From assembly GCA_000165345.1 (NCBI GenBank), contig CM000429.1:160001-224000 (forward strand): DNA of 64,000 nt, written 5' to 3'. The notes beneath the pieces are model-generated. The model was given only the letters and a program-made list of their open reading frames with translations. It had not been told where the DNA came from and did not search any database. A program made the position numbers and the translations under genes. Shown one piece after another: positions 62,183 to 64,000 of the stretch (within the stretch, counting starts at the first letter, position 1; the number at the start of each line of letters is the position of its first letter).

Positions 62183-62622
62183 CTTGACAAGTTTACTATC
62201 TTTCAATCAAATATGTTTATATTTATATATATATATTCCTGTAAAGATATCTTCTATTAATATAATAATATTATTATTTTATTATTGTAGCAAAAATTTA
62301 TTCCAGAGGGGAACTCAACGCAAAAATTTTATCCTCAAATATATTAGGGATAAAATTCAAGCATTATTTTAATATGTACAAGTGTGGTGTAATGTTAAAA
62401 ACTATTTTTGCCGTCTAAAAAATAAAGAGATTAAAGATGGACAATACAAGATTTGAGAGAAATTCAGAGGTAAACATTTTAAAAACTAACAAAATTTGCA
62501 TAAAATAAACAAAAGAGTGAATAGTTCTGCATGCCATATTAAACAATTATTTTATAACTATTGATCAAATTTCTTTTGCCCTCCATTTCCCCCCACAAAG
62601 CCTAGAAGCAAAACCACGAGCA

Positions 62623-62648
62623 CCCGCCAAAAAGTAGGCGCCAAAAAC
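62623..62648. promoter_or_regulatory. A pair of E2F-like boxes in the DSS1/eS19 divergent promoter: CCCGCCAAAAAG (CTTTTTGGCGGG on the minus strand) and GGCGCCAAAAAC.
   Basis: Motif matches. A GCATGCC motif lies nearby at 62521-62527. Confidence 0.5.
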
Positions 62649-62979
62649 GAGACAAATATATGTTTGACATTTAAAAGTAGAGGCAATGTAAAGAAGGTAT
62701 TAAGTTTTAAATTAATGAATAGATGAAAGCAAGCATATGTTTGTTTAACTACGTGTCTCTTTGAATAATTAATAAAGAATAATACATTTTATAGTTGAAA
62801 GTCAAGTAATTATTAGATAATTCCCAAAGAATAGGTTTATACGGGAAAACGGCAAAAAAAAAAAAGAATTCCAAATCGGGTTTTAATAAACACCATTAAT
62901 AATAATTGGAATATTACATTCAAAGTGAGACTTTGAAGAGCAAGAAGCTTGATATTACTATATTTAGTGGTTTGAAAGG

Positions 62980-63432
62980 ATGACATTGTATGAAACAGCA
63001 GCTCCAAGAGTAATTAAAACAGCTAAGGATGTTCCAGCTGGAATCTTGATTGAAAAATTCGCTCAACAATTAAAGAAGGGTGGCAAGATGACAATGCCAG
63101 AATGGGTTGACCACGTTAAGACTGCTTCATCAAAGGAGTTACCACCACAAAACTCAGATTGGCTCTACATTCGTGCTGCTTCAATTTTGAGACACTTATA
63201 TGTCAGACCAAATGTTGGTGTTGGTGCTCTTTCTAAGTTCTATGGTAGAAAGCAGCGCAATGGGACAGCTAGAAACCACTCAGCTGTTGCTTCACGTGGA
63301 ATTATTCGTTACTGCTTAATTCAGCTCCAATCTCTTGGTTTAGTAGAATTCAATCCAAATACAGGTACCCGTAGACTTTCTCCACAGGGTCAACGCGAGC
63401 TTGACTCCATTGCTAGACAATGCAAAGCATAA
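62980..63432 (+). CDS. RPS19: 40S ribosomal protein eS19 (S19e), 150 aa.
   Basis: ATG at 62980 confirmed. TAKDVPAGILIEKFAQQLKKGGKMTMPEWVDHVKTASSKELPPQNSDWLYIRAASILRHLYVR...GRKQRNG...LSPQGQRELDSIA aligns with eukaryotic eS19 (TVKDV..EFV.A.A.FLKKSGKLKVPEWVD.VK....KELAPYD.NWFY.RAAS.ARHLYLR...GGRQRNG...LT.QGQRDLDRIA). Confidence 0.9.
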   Translation: MTLYETAAPRVIKTAKDVPAGILIEKFAQQLKKGGKMTMPEWVDHVKTASSKELPPQNSDWLYIRAASILRHLYVRPNVGVGALSKFYGRKQRNGTARNHSAVASRGIIRYCLIQLQSLGLVEFNPNTGTRRLSPQGQRELDSIARQCKA

Positions 63433-63667
63433 GCCTGAGGATCTTTTCCTTCTTGCACTTTAAAGAAGGTATGATCTTAAATATGAAATCTACTTTAAAT
63501 CTTATTAAGATAAACTTGTTGAGGTGAAATACCGTTATTTATCTTTCTAGTTTTATCGTATTTTATTATTAGCCATTAATTTTTAGTAAATCACGCAGTT
63601 TTTTTGTCTAATTACTCTATTAATCACGGTTGTAATTGCTGACTTTTGGGATGCAGAATATTTGAAT

Positions 63668-63780
63668 GGAAGGAGGGGGATCTGAGTAGGGAAGGGTAAG
63701 GGGGAAAGGCTGGAGATGAGGGGAGGAGGCGGAGGTGAGATAAGAGGAAAAAAGGTAGGATATCAGGGGGAGAGGAGAAG
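63668..63780. repeat. Polypurine G/A-rich tract of about 110 nt (GGAAGGAGGGGGA...GGGGGAGAGGAGAAG) downstream of eS19.
   Basis: This is a strong G-rich purine bias over more than 100 nt in an otherwise AT-rich background. Confidence 0.6.
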
Positions 63781-64000
63781 ATAAAATCGAGATTAATGTA
63801 TATACATATAATCTTAAAACAAACTTTCTGTGGTTCTAAGGTTAGTGGAATACCTAGTAAGAATCAAACAAAATCAAGAATTGTATGGTTCTTTAATATA
63901 GCTACTAAGAAATTCTCATTTACCCAATCTGCTTCTTACAGTAATAATCTCGTCAAATCAATTATAATACAGTTCCAGACCCATTCCATCCTTGATTTCG

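Noticed and set aside
62148-62372. 74-aa + strand ORF overlapping DSS1 exon 1.
   Set aside because: It is antisense to a conserved DSS1 coding exon and is AT-rich low-complexity (LLFYYCSKNLF...). It has no start context or motif support.
62990-63010. A possible 5' intron in eS19 at cattGTATGaaacag.
   Set aside because: The implied intron would be only about 11 nt. The uninterrupted ORF already aligns with eS19 from residue 10 or so onward.
1-64000. Interpretation as a prokaryotic or phage locus with operons, CRISPR or defence systems.
   Set aside because: There are multi-kb ORFs for dynein, ankyrin-DHHC and ABCC proteins, GT-AG short introns validated by conserved proteins (Mnd1, DSS1, ASH2), AT-rich intergenic regions with apicomplexan promoter motifs, and no Shine-Dalgarno or operon organisation. 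There are no CRISPR-like spaced direct repeats.

Overview
This 64 kb window reads as a gene-dense, AT-rich (about 70% AT) eukaryotic chromosome segment, most likely from a Cryptosporidium-like apicomplexan; it is not a prokaryotic locus. There are about 23 protein-coding genes on both strands, separated by short intergenic regions of 0.1-1.2 kb. Those intergenic regions carry recurrent E2F-like motifs (TTTGGCGGGAAA, GGCGCCAAAA) and AP2-type GCATGCA motifs, both characteristic of Cryptosporidium upstream regions. Most large genes are single-exon. They are a 5,247-aa cytoplasmic dynein heavy chain, a 1,431-aa ABCC/MRP-type ABC transporter, a SF1 Upf1/Sen1-like helicase, an ankyrin-DHHC palmitoyltransferase, a protein kinase, a dual-specificity phosphatase, a PDI-like thioredoxin protein, a plant/bacterial-type glutaminyl cyclase, a HAD-like hydrolase, a CH-domain coiled-coil protein, a K/E-rich repeat protein and ribosomal protein eS19. 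Reading across GTAAGT donor / AG acceptor pairs uncovers several short-intron genes that the ORF track does not show. These are a 4-exon MND1 meiotic recombination gene, a 3-exon DSS1/SEM1 proteasome gene, a 3-exon ASH2-like SPRY gene, a 3-exon small Cys-containing protein gene, a 3-exon hypothetical gene with a 51-nt micro-exon, and two short 5' exons on the large LRR protein gene. Several ORF-track 'M' starts are actually TTG or GTG codons; true ATG starts were re-derived where this matters. I also flag a composite GCATGCA + ATACCGG(T/C)A intergenic element that recurs at more than 10 sites, including two convergent 3'-3' intergenic regions, plus polypurine/polypyrimidine tracts and several microsatellites inside coding regions.
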